This document shows positions 1 to 8,530 of a stretch of DNA of 64,000 nt, piece by piece; the first letter of the stretch is position 1; each line of letters begins with the position of its first letter. Where the stretch lies: positions 1-64,000 of the IMG/VR virus record IMGVR_UViG_3300032321_002024. One strand, 5' to 3'. This DNA comes from a virus (lineage: Duplodnaviria > Caudoviricetes). Under the pieces are notes generated by a model. The model was not told the origin of the DNA, did not search any database, and was given only the letters and a program-made list of their open reading frames with translations. The position numbers were made by a program, and so were the translations under genes.

Positions 1-165
1 TTGAGCTTGTCCTTGTGGTTGAGCTTGTCCTTGTGGTTGAGCTTCAGGTTGAGCTTGTCCTTGTGGTTGAGCTTGTCCTTGTGGTTGAGCTTCAGGTTGA
101 GCTTGTCCTTGTGGTTGAGCTTCGGGTTGAGCTTGTCCTTGTGGTTGAGCTTCGGGTTGAGCTTC
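1..165 (-). repeat. Coding tandem repeat of 18-nt (AQPQGQ) and 12-nt (AQPE) units
   Basis: Repeated ttgagcttgtccttgtgg / ttgagcttc(a/g)gg units with no unique spacers. Confidence 0.9.
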
Positions 166-504
166 AGCCTCACCTTCTACCTGAACTTGTGGTTGTCCTT
201 GTGCTTGACCTTGTCCTTGAGCTCCACCCATAAGTGCGTTACCTGGAAGTTTATCAATATCAAGATTGTTCATGTTTATGTATTTAATGATCTCTTCAGC
301 GATGTCAACATCACCAAAGAATTGACGAAGGTTTTTACCTGTTGTATCTTTAACTTTTTTCACATAAGCATTGATTAATGATTGTGGAATATCAATCATA
401 GTCTTAACTTTATAGATATCGTTAATTTGGAGAACAGATTCTTTAATAATTTCTTCTCTATTTTTTCTAATACGATAACTTTCAAATGTTCTAATGTGTT
501 TCAT
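1..504 (-). CDS. Hypothetical virion internal protein with capsid-targeting-like N-terminus and AQPQGQ/AQPE repeat tail (3' end runs off window)
   Basis: Not in the ORF track. Manual translation from ATG at 504: MKHIRTFESYRIRKNREEIIKESVLQ...GGAQGQGQAQGQPQ...AQPEAQPQGQAQ, open to position 1; TAATATATAC upstream (529-538). Confidence 0.85.
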   Translation of the reverse strand, partial: MKHIRTFESYRIRKNREEIIKESVLQINDIYKVKTMIDIPQSLINAYVKKVKDTTGKNLRQFFGDVDIAEEIIKYINMNNLDIDKLPGNALMGGAQGQGQAQGQPQVQVEGEAEAQPEAQPQGQAQPEAQPQGQAQPEAQPQGQAQPQGQAQPEAQPQGQAQPQGQAQ

Positions 505-568
505 TTTCAAATTTTGATTTTTTATAATGTATATATTATATTAAAAAAACGTATTTTTTTCAATATAA

Positions 569-1066
569 TTAACGAACTAATATTGCTAATAATATTCCTA
601 AAACTGTTCCTCCTATTCCAACTCCGTAAGCTATGTTTCTTTTTGTTTTTAATGTAGATATTTCATCATTTAAAAGAGTTATCTGTTTATCTCTAACAGA
701 TATTTGGTCGTCGCAAAGTTTTGAGTCATCTTCGCAGTTTTTCAATCTTTGTGTGAGATTGACTATTTGATTATCCTTATCAATTACTTGGCCTTTGTAT
801 AAGGTTAAGTCGGTTTCTAATTGAGATACTTGTTTTTCAAGTTTACTTATTACTTTTATATAAGAAAGACTTAAACTGTCACACTCGGCTCCTGCTTTTT
901 CTAATAGATTTACTAATTCGAATGTGTTATCAATTTTTTGAGCCTGTTCATAAGTCATTATGACAAATTTGTTTCCTAATGAGTCTTTTTCAATTCTTGG
1001 ATATTTTTGACTAAATGTCAAAAACGAAAAGAACATAAATAATGTTGTTATAATTATTGATTTCAT
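569..1066 (-). CDS. Secreted coiled-coil protein with C-terminal TM helix; possible spanin-like lysis component
   Basis: Signal peptide ending ...LTFS/Q, long coiled coil, C-terminal hydrophobic AYGVGIGGTVLGILLAILV. Confidence 0.45.
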   Translation of the reverse strand: MKSIIITTLFMFFSFLTFSQKYPRIEKDSLGNKFVIMTYEQAQKIDNTFELVNLLEKAGAECDSLSLSYIKVISKLEKQVSQLETDLTLYKGQVIDKDNQIVNLTQRLKNCEDDSKLCDDQISVRDKQITLLNDEISTLKTKRNIAYGVGIGGTVLGILLAILVR

Positions 1067-1070
1067 AAAA

Positions 1071-1487
1071 TTATTTTAATTTTTCTGATAATGACTCAAT
1101 TAAGTCTTCATCTTCTCTTTTTATTGGATCTTTTTTCAAATTTTCAATCTTCTTTTTAGTTTGTTGATAATCTGATTGCCATTTGGTTACATCTTTTTTA
1201 GCCAATTTTAGTTCTGATTTTGTTTTCGCTAACTCTTGTTCGACTATTCTAATTAAGCTGTCTCTTTTTTTGATTTCAATTTCTCTTTTATCAAAGTCTT
1301 TTTTAAGTCTAATGTTAACCAATTTTAAAGAATCTCTAACTTTTTGAATTCTTTCAAATTCTTGTTCTAATTTTTTATACTCTTTTTTGTATCCAGTTCC
1401 TTTAAGAAACCACATTGAAAAGAATAAAATACAGAAAACTAGTAGTAATCCTGTTACTATGTTTTGAATGCTTAGTTTAAAATTCAT
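1071..1487 (-). CDS. N-terminal TM plus coiled-coil protein; possible i-spanin (Rz-like)
   Basis: Hydrophobic N-terminus followed by a charged coiled coil; co-oriented with 569-1066. Confidence 0.45.
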   Translation of the reverse strand: MNFKLSIQNIVTGLLLVFCILFFSMWFLKGTGYKKEYKKLEQEFERIQKVRDSLKLVNIRLKKDFDKREIEIKKRDSLIRIVEQELAKTKSELKLAKKDVTKWQSDYQQTKKKIENLKKDPIKREDEDLIESLSEKLK

Positions 1488-1556
1488 TTTTGATATTTAA
1501 TTTTAGAATTATATATAATTTTTTTTATGTTATTATTGATAATTAATTTTTTTATA

Positions 1557-1564
1557 TATATTTG
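1557..1564 (+). promoter_or_regulatory. Bacteroidota-type -7 promoter element (TAnnTTTG)
   Basis: TATATTTG about 24 nt upstream of ATG 1588; same motif recurs upstream of other genes. Confidence 0.6.
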
Positions 1565-1587
1565 TGAAAAAAAATAAAATTTAATAA

Positions 1588-2103
1588 ATGTATCAAACAT
1601 TATATTGCTTCGACTTTGATGATACCTTAGTTCACACAATGCTTCCTGATCCTGGTATGCAAATTTGGGAAGAAAAAACAGGAAAACCCTGGCCGTACAT
1701 AGGTTGGTGGTCAAAGTTTGAAACTTTGGATATGGATATATTTGATACCCCTAAAAATGAGTGGACTTATAAAAAATATTTAGATGCTAAGGATGATCCA
1801 ACTGGTTATTTATTTTTAGCCACTGGTAGATTGGATAAAGCCACTGGTATGAGAAAAGGTGTTCAAAAGATTTTAGATCATTATGGTTTTGACTTTGATG
1901 AGGTTTTTCTGAATTGGGGTGAAGATACTTTTAAATTTAAAACACAATTATTTGAACAAATGATAGTAAAAACTGGTTGTAGACATTTTATTATGTATGA
2001 TGATAGAAAAGATCATCTTCCACATTTTGAAGAATGGGCTCAAAAACAAAGTTGTGCTGTCACTGTCGTTGATGTGGTAAATAAAACTTTAAAAACTTTC
2101 TAA
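1588..2103 (+). CDS. HAD-superfamily phosphatase (Swiss-Army-Knife RNA-repair HAD-like)
   Basis: Motif I FDFDDTL, motif II LATGR, motif IV MYDDR; GWWSK segment typical of this family. Confidence 0.75.
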   Translation: MYQTLYCFDFDDTLVHTMLPDPGMQIWEEKTGKPWPYIGWWSKFETLDMDIFDTPKNEWTYKKYLDAKDDPTGYLFLATGRLDKATGMRKGVQKILDHYGFDFDEVFLNWGEDTFKFKTQLFEQMIVKTGCRHFIMYDDRKDHLPHFEEWAQKQSCAVTVVDVVNKTLKTF

Positions 2104-2119
2104 TAAAACAATAATATAA
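2093..2119 (+). promoter_or_regulatory. Putative phage middle-type promoter AAAC-N18-TATAA
   Basis: AAAC 2093-2096, TATAA 2115-2119; same spacing at eight or more other genes. Confidence 0.55.
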
Positions 2120-2124
2120 GTCAT

Positions 2125-2409
2125 ATGGCAACTATTACAAAAAAGAAAACACAAAGTAAGGCAAAAGAAATACTTTCAAAACCTTATAGATTAGATTTAC
2201 ATAATGATGATTTTAACTCTTTTGATTGGGTTATAACTTGTCTAATGAAAGTGTGTGGTCATGAATATGAACAAGCTAATCAATGTGCTCACATTGTACA
2301 TTTCAAAGGTAAGTGTGATGTTAAATATGGTGATTTTGAAACTATTTCTACTATGAAGGAGAAGTTACAAAGTTCTGGTCTTTCTGTGACTATGGAAGAA
2401 AATTCCTAA
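2125..2409 (+). CDS. clpS: ATP-dependent Clp protease adaptor ClpS
   Basis: LHNDDFNSFDWVITCL...QANQCAHIVHFKGKCDVK is the ClpS signature (Bacteroidota-like variant). Confidence 0.9.
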   Translation: MATITKKKTQSKAKEILSKPYRLDLHNDDFNSFDWVITCLMKVCGHEYEQANQCAHIVHFKGKCDVKYGDFETISTMKEKLQSSGLSVTMEENS

Positions 2410-4541
2410 CCAATTCCAAACCAACTACCTCCCATATTTGATTTACCAGATTTTGTTTTAGCGAGATTTTTTGCTCTTAAAAATGAACCATAGTCAACGC
2501 CTTCGACAAAATCAATGTTGTTCATGCATTGATTTATGAATTGCATCATTTCTTTATCGGTGTGTTTATTAGACCACTCATCAACCATTTCTTTAAAATC
2601 GGTTTTTTGAAATATAGAAGTCGTGTTTACAATTGTCATTACGCAGTCATCGTGTCCTACATCTGCGGCATATTTAGTATTTCCTGCTGTGGTTGTGTGC
2701 TTTACAAAAGTAGTAATTTCTCTAATAGTATCCTCGTTGTTTATTCCAAATCCTTTTGAATACATCAAATCTTGATAGTCTTTCACCATTAGATTTTTAT
2801 TTTCTCCGACTTTTAGTCCAACTTTTTCTTCCGTGGCGTCAATTCTGTGTTTATATCTAACGAAAATAGATGACCCGTAATCATTTTTGCCATCAAAAAC
2901 GTGTGGCATTTCTGCTAAAAGAGTATTTCCGTAATTGTTTAACTCTAATACTACTTTTACATTTTCTGGATTGAAATATTCAAAACAAATTAAATATAAA
3001 AGTTCTGATAGCTGTTTTATTGATATTATATTACTTCTAAATATTCCTATTTGTTCTAATTTAAAGAAATCAACTAGTGATTTATAGTTATTTTTCTGTA
3101 TATCTATTACTTCTTTTGTTTTATTGTTAATTCTAAATATATTTATAACTGAGTAATCTTGTCCTAATCCTTCTGAGATATCGACTGATATTATAACTTT
3201 ATAATCTTTTCTTTTTAAAGGTATAAATATATCATCATCGTCTACAAATTTCAAATCTGAGTAACTGAATTTAATTTTCTTATCAAATTCTGATATTTCT
3301 TCAAATATGTAGTTTTTCTTATTCTTTAATAATTCATCTATAATAGTCTCATTTAATAATGATTTTGATGCATTTATAAATCTAAGACCATATTCTTGAT
3401 TAAATGCGTCTTCTCCACCTATATCTTTAATTGCTTCTTCTTTCCAAGTAGTTACTTCAGCTAAAGATCTTATAGAAACCTCAAATCCTCTATTATCTAC
3501 TATTGATAAAGATTTAACTTCTTCATCTGAGCAATTCTCATTATTGTATACCTGAATTATATCTTTTTGTAAATCTGAGTTCCAACTCATTTCTATTTTT
3601 GTTTTACCAATCCATTTTTCTTTGTATAGTTCAAAAACATCTTCTTTTGTAATACCATGATCATATAATTTGTGTGTATTTAGTCTTAGATATGTCACAA
3701 ATCGTCCAGGAACTTGATGCCAATATACTCTCATCGCTTTGTAGTTATTCTTCTGTGGATCTCCCTCTGGTCTCTCAGCGTCTGTTAACAATCTATGAAA
3801 AAGATTCATACCGTTTGGAGTTGAGGTAATTATAATTTTTGAGTTTTGAACAGCAGCTGTTGTTGGAAAAGCAGCTGTATAGTAAGGTTCAATAATATTT
3901 GATGGAATATGTGCAAACTCATCTAAGTAAAGAACATCAATGGTAAAACCAATAGCTGGAGTCTTTGTTCTAGCTGATGTTTTTATTCTACAACCATTTT
4001 CAAATGTTAATGATTTTTGATTCCAAGTCTTAATGCCTGGTTTTAAAAAGAAAGGAAGAAGTGTATAGATTGATTTTATCTTATCCACGATTTCAACAGC
4101 CGTGTCTCCTTTGTTTGCTACAATCATTATATTTTTATCGTTATCAAATAGAATTTTATGTAACATGAAAATAGCTGATGATATTGTTTTACCAACCTGT
4201 CGAGATGCCATAAGTATATTAAATCTACTATTTACAAAGTTATCTAGTATTTCTTTTTGATAGTCTCTGAGTAGAATATTACCAATAGAACCATCCTCTC
4301 TTTTTACTTTACAGTATTTTTCAACGAAATAATGAACATCTAAGGCACATCTAACATATTCTTGTTGTTCATCTGGTGTCATCCTAAATGTTACACCTGA
4401 TCTTCTTAATCCTACTTCACTTTTAAGCCAAGGATTTTGATATCGTTTTATTACAATACCATCGTTTATTTTATCTGTTGATTCATCCACTAATTTAGTG
4501 GTAAAAACCATTTGTTTTTCTTGTTGCTCGTTGGCTGCCAT
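2406..4541 (-). CDS. terL: Terminase large subunit (T4 gp17-like) with internal insertion
   Basis: LRDYQ, Walker A ASRQVGKT, Walker B LYLDEFAH, ITSTPNG, nuclease VDISEGLGQDYS and HDDCVM; likely start MAANEQ at 4541 (track gives 4583). Confidence 0.95.
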   Translation of the reverse strand: MAANEQQEKQMVFTTKLVDESTDKINDGIVIKRYQNPWLKSEVGLRRSGVTFRMTPDEQQEYVRCALDVHYFVEKYCKVKREDGSIGNILLRDYQKEILDNFVNSRFNILMASRQVGKTISSAIFMLHKILFDNDKNIMIVANKGDTAVEIVDKIKSIYTLLPFFLKPGIKTWNQKSLTFENGCRIKTSARTKTPAIGFTIDVLYLDEFAHIPSNIIEPYYTAAFPTTAAVQNSKIIITSTPNGMNLFHRLLTDAERPEGDPQKNNYKAMRVYWHQVPGRFVTYLRLNTHKLYDHGITKEDVFELYKEKWIGKTKIEMSWNSDLQKDIIQVYNNENCSDEEVKSLSIVDNRGFEVSIRSLAEVTTWKEEAIKDIGGEDAFNQEYGLRFINASKSLLNETIIDELLKNKKNYIFEEISEFDKKIKFSYSDLKFVDDDDIFIPLKRKDYKVIISVDISEGLGQDYSVINIFRINNKTKEVIDIQKNNYKSLVDFFKLEQIGIFRSNIISIKQLSELLYLICFEYFNPENVKVVLELNNYGNTLLAEMPHVFDGKNDYGSSIFVRYKHRIDATEEKVGLKVGENKNLMVKDYQDLMYSKGFGINNEDTIREITTFVKHTTTAGNTKYAADVGHDDCVMTIVNTTSIFQKTDFKEMVDEWSNKHTDKEMMQFINQCMNNIDFVEGVDYGSFLRAKNLAKTKSGKSNMGGSWFGIG

Positions 4542-4560
4542 AAGGACAGAGAATATTTTT

Positions 4561-4571
4561 TTATATATATT
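4561..4571. promoter_or_regulatory. Palindromic TATATATA late-type promoter shared by divergent terL and terS
   Basis: TTATATATATT centred in the 46-nt gap between ATG 4541(-) and ATG 4588(+). Confidence 0.55.
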
Positions 4572-4587
4572 GTAAAAAACCACGTCT

Positions 4588-5211
4588 ATGTCTAAATCAG
4601 AGCAAGAAAGAAACAGATTAAAAGATGAGTTTGACCAAATTCAATCAGAAGGTGGTGAGTTTGATATATCTAAGCACTTAGCAAAACCAGAAGATTTACC
4701 GGATTTAGGTGAAATAGAAATTTATGATTATGATGCTGACTTAACAGTTGCTAGTCAACAATCTATGAATGTATTAGAATCACTTGTTGATTTATATTTA
4801 GGTGACGTTCCTCAGCTTAAAGAACATCCTTATATTAAAAATAAAATGAAAGAAGATGCTGTTGTGTATGCTGAAGGTATATTCTTAACAAAGATGACTA
4901 GAAAGAATTTCTTATCTCAATTGAGACAAGTGGACAATGGTGATAACTCTGCTAGAATGCATGAAGTTGTGAATCAAACAATTGGTCAAATTAGAGAGAA
5001 TGCTAAATTCTTATCGGGTCAAAAGACAGAGTTGGAAAAATTCTATAAGACATTAAGAAAAGATTTAGGATACAATGAGATTGAGAATCAAGAAATTAAA
5101 CAATCAGAAGAAGAGGGTGAAAGTAAGGATGGTGCAATTATGGATAGTAGATCACTTAATGAGATGATAAAACAAGCAATGATAAATAAAGATAGTGATA
5201 AAAAAGGTTAA
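4588..5211 (+). CDS. terS: Terminase small subunit (T4 gp16-like)
   Basis: SARMHEVVNQTIGQI resembles the gp16 PRxxEV helix; C-terminal IMDSRSLNEMI; adjacent to terL. Confidence 0.6.
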   Translation: MSKSEQERNRLKDEFDQIQSEGGEFDISKHLAKPEDLPDLGEIEIYDYDADLTVASQQSMNVLESLVDLYLGDVPQLKEHPYIKNKMKEDAVVYAEGIFLTKMTRKNFLSQLRQVDNGDNSARMHEVVNQTIGQIRENAKFLSGQKTELEKFYKTLRKDLGYNEIENQEIKQSEEEGESKDGAIMDSRSLNEMIKQAMINKDSDKKG

Positions 5212-6059
5212 AGTCTATTTATGAAACTTTCGTAAGTTTTCATAATTCTATCAATACTAAGTTTAACTTCTGAAGTCGTGAACATATTTACTTTATTATA
5301 AGTGACTCCTTTTATATCTAAAATAATTTCATTTTCTCTTACTAAACTCTCTATACCACTTTTTATATCAGGTTCGGTATTAGATAAGACAAATCTAAGA
5401 ACATCATTTATTGATTTCGCTAAATTCAAAGTTTTTACCTCATCGTCATAAAAATAAATCTTCTCGTATTTTGGTATTTCCTCATTTGTGAACATATTAC
5501 CATCTGTTTTATATCCAACTAAGTGTTGTAGAAGTAGTTTAACTTTTTTATGGGCTGTTTTATCCTCGTCTCTGTTGAAGAATGTCTCTGATATAAAGTA
5601 ATAATTTTTTATTTTAAGTCCAAGTTCTTCTTTTAAATAAGTTTCTAACTTTTCAATTAAAAAATCGTAATTTGATTTCGTATTTTTTGAACAAATAAAA
5701 TAAACATCGTCGTCAGAATTTTTTAACCTTACAAAATGTTCTTTCCATATTTTATAGTCTAAAGATTTAATTAAATCCGGCTTCATAAATTCTTGCATTG
5801 AAAAGGCTAAGCTTGTAATTTCAACTCTAAGTGATTTACATCGATTCTTTATTTTTTCAAAAAGTTCACTTTGTATACAGTATTCTACACCATCGATAGT
5901 AATTGATTCACCTTTATTTTTGTAAATTGATTTTCTAATCAGATTAAACTCTGATTGAGTTATTTTAACTAAAGGTTCATTTGGATTTTTTTTTGAAACA
6001 ATCCAAACTTCACTATCTACTACAATTGCTGTATTTAAGTCAAAGAAGTGTGCATTCAT
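5208..6059 (-). CDS. Degenerate HAD-fold protein
   Basis: HFFDLNT (altered DxD motif), FICSK, YFYDDE; ends in capsid-targeting-like IMKTYESFIN. Confidence 0.5.
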   Translation of the reverse strand: MNAHFFDLNTAIVVDSEVWIVSKKNPNEPLVKITQSEFNLIRKSIYKNKGESITIDGVEYCIQSELFEKIKNRCKSLRVEITSLAFSMQEFMKPDLIKSLDYKIWKEHFVRLKNSDDDVYFICSKNTKSNYDFLIEKLETYLKEELGLKIKNYYFISETFFNRDEDKTAHKKVKLLLQHLVGYKTDGNMFTNEEIPKYEKIYFYDDEVKTLNLAKSINDVLRFVLSNTEPDIKSGIESLVRENEIILDIKGVTYNKVNMFTTSEVKLSIDRIMKTYESFINRL

Positions 6060-6295
6060 GGTTTGTAATTAGTTACTTTGTATTTTATTTCATGTGGTTC
6101 ATCATCAAATCTTGAACCTTCATAAGTTCTATCTTTCCATTCGACTCCTCCACTTAATTCTTTGTCAAAACTTCTACATTTGTTACATTCTTTTGGATGT
6201 ACGAATCCATCGTCTGTTTTGATAAAGTTTAATTCTGTGTAGGTAAAGTGTCCTTTACACCAAGGGTTTGAGCATACTGATTTGAAACTTTCCAT
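6056..6295 (-). CDS. Small zinc-ribbon protein
   Basis: CSNPWC...CNKC; likely start MESFKS at 6295, downstream of a TATATA box. Confidence 0.6.
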   Translation of the reverse strand: MESFKSVCSNPWCKGHFTYTELNFIKTDDGFVHPKECNKCRSFDKELSGGVEWKDRTYEGSRFDDEPHEIKYKVTNYKP

Positions 6296-6310
6296 ATAGT
6301 ATATATAAAA

Positions 6311-6341
6311 AAAGAAACCCATCAAATTGATAGGTTTCTTT
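6311..6341. terminator. Intrinsic terminator hairpin
   Basis: AAAGAAACCCATCAAATTGATAGGTTTCTTT inverted repeat. Confidence 0.7.
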
Positions 6342-6343
6342 AA

Positions 6344-6793
6344 TTATTTTATTAAATTTTGACTTAGTGCGAAGTCGTATATTATTGGTAGGTTTAAACA
6401 TCTTTTGAACTCTTCTCTTATATCTTTTAGTTTTTTAGATTTTTTGATTATGTTCATAATTGATATTCCAAATTCCTCCTGAAAAATTAGATAACAATCA
6501 GACCAAGTTTTTTCATAGTGTTCCAGTTGTTTCCATTCTGTGTGACCACCTGTTAACCAATATAGTGATTTTTCAGGGGTGATTTTGTCTTCGTTTATTT
6601 CAAATTCAAAATCCCAGATTTTGTGATTATTATCTATCATTTTCATCATAATAGCCACACCTTCTGCTATATCTGTTGTTGTTTCTTTACCAATTTCAAA
6701 AATAAAAGTTTCTCTTTGTTTATTTATTTTAATTTTTTCGTCAGAGAATACTACCTCTGATAGTTCTTCAATCGCTAATTTTCTTTTTTTCAT
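6344..6793 (-). CDS. Hypothetical protein
   Basis: 149-aa ORF in a co-oriented block. Confidence 0.7.
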   Translation of the reverse strand: MKKRKLAIEELSEVVFSDEKIKINKQRETFIFEIGKETTTDIAEGVAIMMKMIDNNHKIWDFEFEINEDKITPEKSLYWLTGGHTEWKQLEHYEKTWSDCYLIFQEEFGISIMNIIKKSKKLKDIREEFKRCLNLPIIYDFALSQNLIK

Positions 6794-6802
6794 GCTTGAA
6801 AA

Positions 6803-7111
6803 TTATTTTTTGATGCCACTTATCCAAGTGCCGTTAAATTGTCCACCTTCCCATATTCCGTTCTCCCACGTTCCGTAAAATTCACCTTTTGTGAATATTC
6901 CGTAGTGCCAATTGCCTGATAGAAAGTTTCCATCATGCCATATTAAAGTATTATTTTTTATTTCAATTATTGCATCACTAATTGTAGAGTCAATTAACCA
7001 ATAGAATTTTTCAGATTCTAATATTTCTAAAATTTCTTTGGGGTGAGTGAAGACTTTATTATTGAATTTTAACTCTTTTGGTGCTGTTGCAAATGATTTG
7101 CCTAAATTCAT
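6803..7111 (-). CDS. Hypothetical protein with W-x-x-G pentapeptide-like repeats
   Basis: WHDGNFLSGNWHYGIFTKGEFYGTWENGIWEGGQFNGTWISG. Confidence 0.7.
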   Translation of the reverse strand: MNLGKSFATAPKELKFNNKVFTHPKEILEILESEKFYWLIDSTISDAIIEIKNNTLIWHDGNFLSGNWHYGIFTKGEFYGTWENGIWEGGQFNGTWISGIKK

Positions 7112-7233
7112 AATTAATAAATTATTTGTTGAAATATATATTCTTACTTTTTTATCGAATATTTACTAAAACATGGATTTTTTAAGATTTTGATAAGAAA
7201 GTCGGAATTTTTTTTTATCAAATATTTTTAAAT

Positions 7234-7263
7234 AAAAAAACCACTCTTTTGAGTGGTTTTTTT
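7234..7263. terminator. Intrinsic terminator
   Basis: A7-CCACTC-TTTT-GAGTGG-T7. Confidence 0.8.
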
Positions 7264-7264
7264 A

Positions 7265-8047
7265 TTATTTTACATTTACTTTGACTCCTATTTTGTTATT
7301 TATAATAGGTTTTTTTTGTTGTTTTTTATTTTCATTCATCATAACCGTTACTTTCTTAGACATTTTTACTTTAAATTGTTCTTCCCAAGGTGTAAATAAA
7401 TTACCTTCAGCTACAACTTCAAGTTTAATATTTCCAATTTCACCTTCTTTTAAAATGTTTAGTTTTTTAATTGGAACTATACATTTTCCATTTCTAATTT
7501 CACCTGGAAAAACTAATGACCAGTTTTCTGATTCAATTATTATTCTAGCGTATGTTTCTTCTGGTGAAGAACCTTCTATCATAATATCACAAGCAAACTC
7601 TTCATTCTTATCTTGATAAAGTTTATAATAATTATCATCTTCTTCTTTATTTACAAAGGCACTTTCGTTTGTTGAATGATAGGTTTTTCTCTCAGGTAAA
7701 GTTACTTCTTCATCTTGATAAGTTCTATCATGGATCGTGTGTGATGATTCAGGACCGCCTAAAATTTCAAATTCATGCTTGAATTCCGGTTCTGGTATAA
7801 ATTCTGATTCAATTTCCGGAGTTGGTTCAAAGTCTGTACTGAAGTTTGGTTCATTAAAGTTTGAACCAAACTCGTCTTCAAACGTGTCGTTAGAAACCTC
7901 ATCTTCAGAAGTTTCTATATTCTCTCTTCTTTGAGATTCCAATCTATCATCCTCTTCAAACATTTCTCTCAAAGAAGCAGCTGATGGTGGTTTTCTTTTA
8001 CCATTCTTACTTAAAAAGTCATCAAAACTAAAAACATCATTTATCAT
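7265..8047 (-). CDS. Hypothetical virion-associated protein (acidic N-half, beta-rich C-domain)
   Basis: N-terminal VFSFDDFL (capsid-targeting-like), acidic low-complexity region; AATATATA upstream. Confidence 0.65.
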   Translation of the reverse strand: MINDVFSFDDFLSKNGKRKPPSAASLREMFEEDDRLESQRRENIETSEDEVSNDTFEDEFGSNFNEPNFSTDFEPTPEIESEFIPEPEFKHEFEILGGPESSHTIHDRTYQDEEVTLPERKTYHSTNESAFVNKEEDDNYYKLYQDKNEEFACDIMIEGSSPEETYARIIIESENWSLVFPGEIRNGKCIVPIKKLNILKEGEIGNIKLEVVAEGNLFTPWEEQFKVKMSKKVTVMMNENKKQQKKPIINNKIGVKVNVK

Positions 8048-8065
8048 ACTCTTATATATTAAATT

Positions 8066-8476
8066 TTATTTGTTAATTTTTATTCTAATTGTTTTATCTA
8101 TTGTTTCTTTCACAAATAGCTCAAAATCATAGGCTGAGACTTTAATATTCTCATTAATATATCCATATTGCTCAGTCTCAATATTATTTACTTTACAATA
8201 AAGTTTTATTACTTTTTTTGTTTTTTCTTCACCTATGTCTTCTCGAAGTTGTTTCCAGGGATTACCATCAACATACTCTTTATATCCATATCCACCACCT
8301 CTTTTTATGATGTTTTCGACTTCTAATAAAATAAATATTTCCTCACCCCAAGGTAAATTAAAATCTTCCCATTTAAGGTTTAACTCTTCCCACTTCAAAT
8401 ATTTTTGACCAGCAGCAATCTCTTCATCTGACCAATCAACATAAGAATCTAACAACTTTGAGTACTTTAAAGACAT
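8066..8476 (-). CDS. Hypothetical protein (late)
   Basis: 136-aa ORF with TAATATATA directly upstream. Confidence 0.7.
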   Translation of the reverse strand: MSLKYSKLLDSYVDWSDEEIAAGQKYLKWEELNLKWEDFNLPWGEEIFILLEVENIIKRGGGYGYKEYVDGNPWKQLREDIGEEKTKKVIKLYCKVNNIETEQYGYINENIKVSAYDFELFVKETIDKTIRIKINK

Positions 8477-8530
8477 ATAATATATATTAAAAAATCAAGG
8501 TTGACCTATTAAAAAGTTTATATATATGGA

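Noticed and set aside
1-378. Plus-strand ORFs 1-378 and 15-233; possible CRISPR-like repeat
   Set aside because: These are antisense shadows of the minus-strand AQPQGQ repeat gene; the repeats abut without unique spacers.
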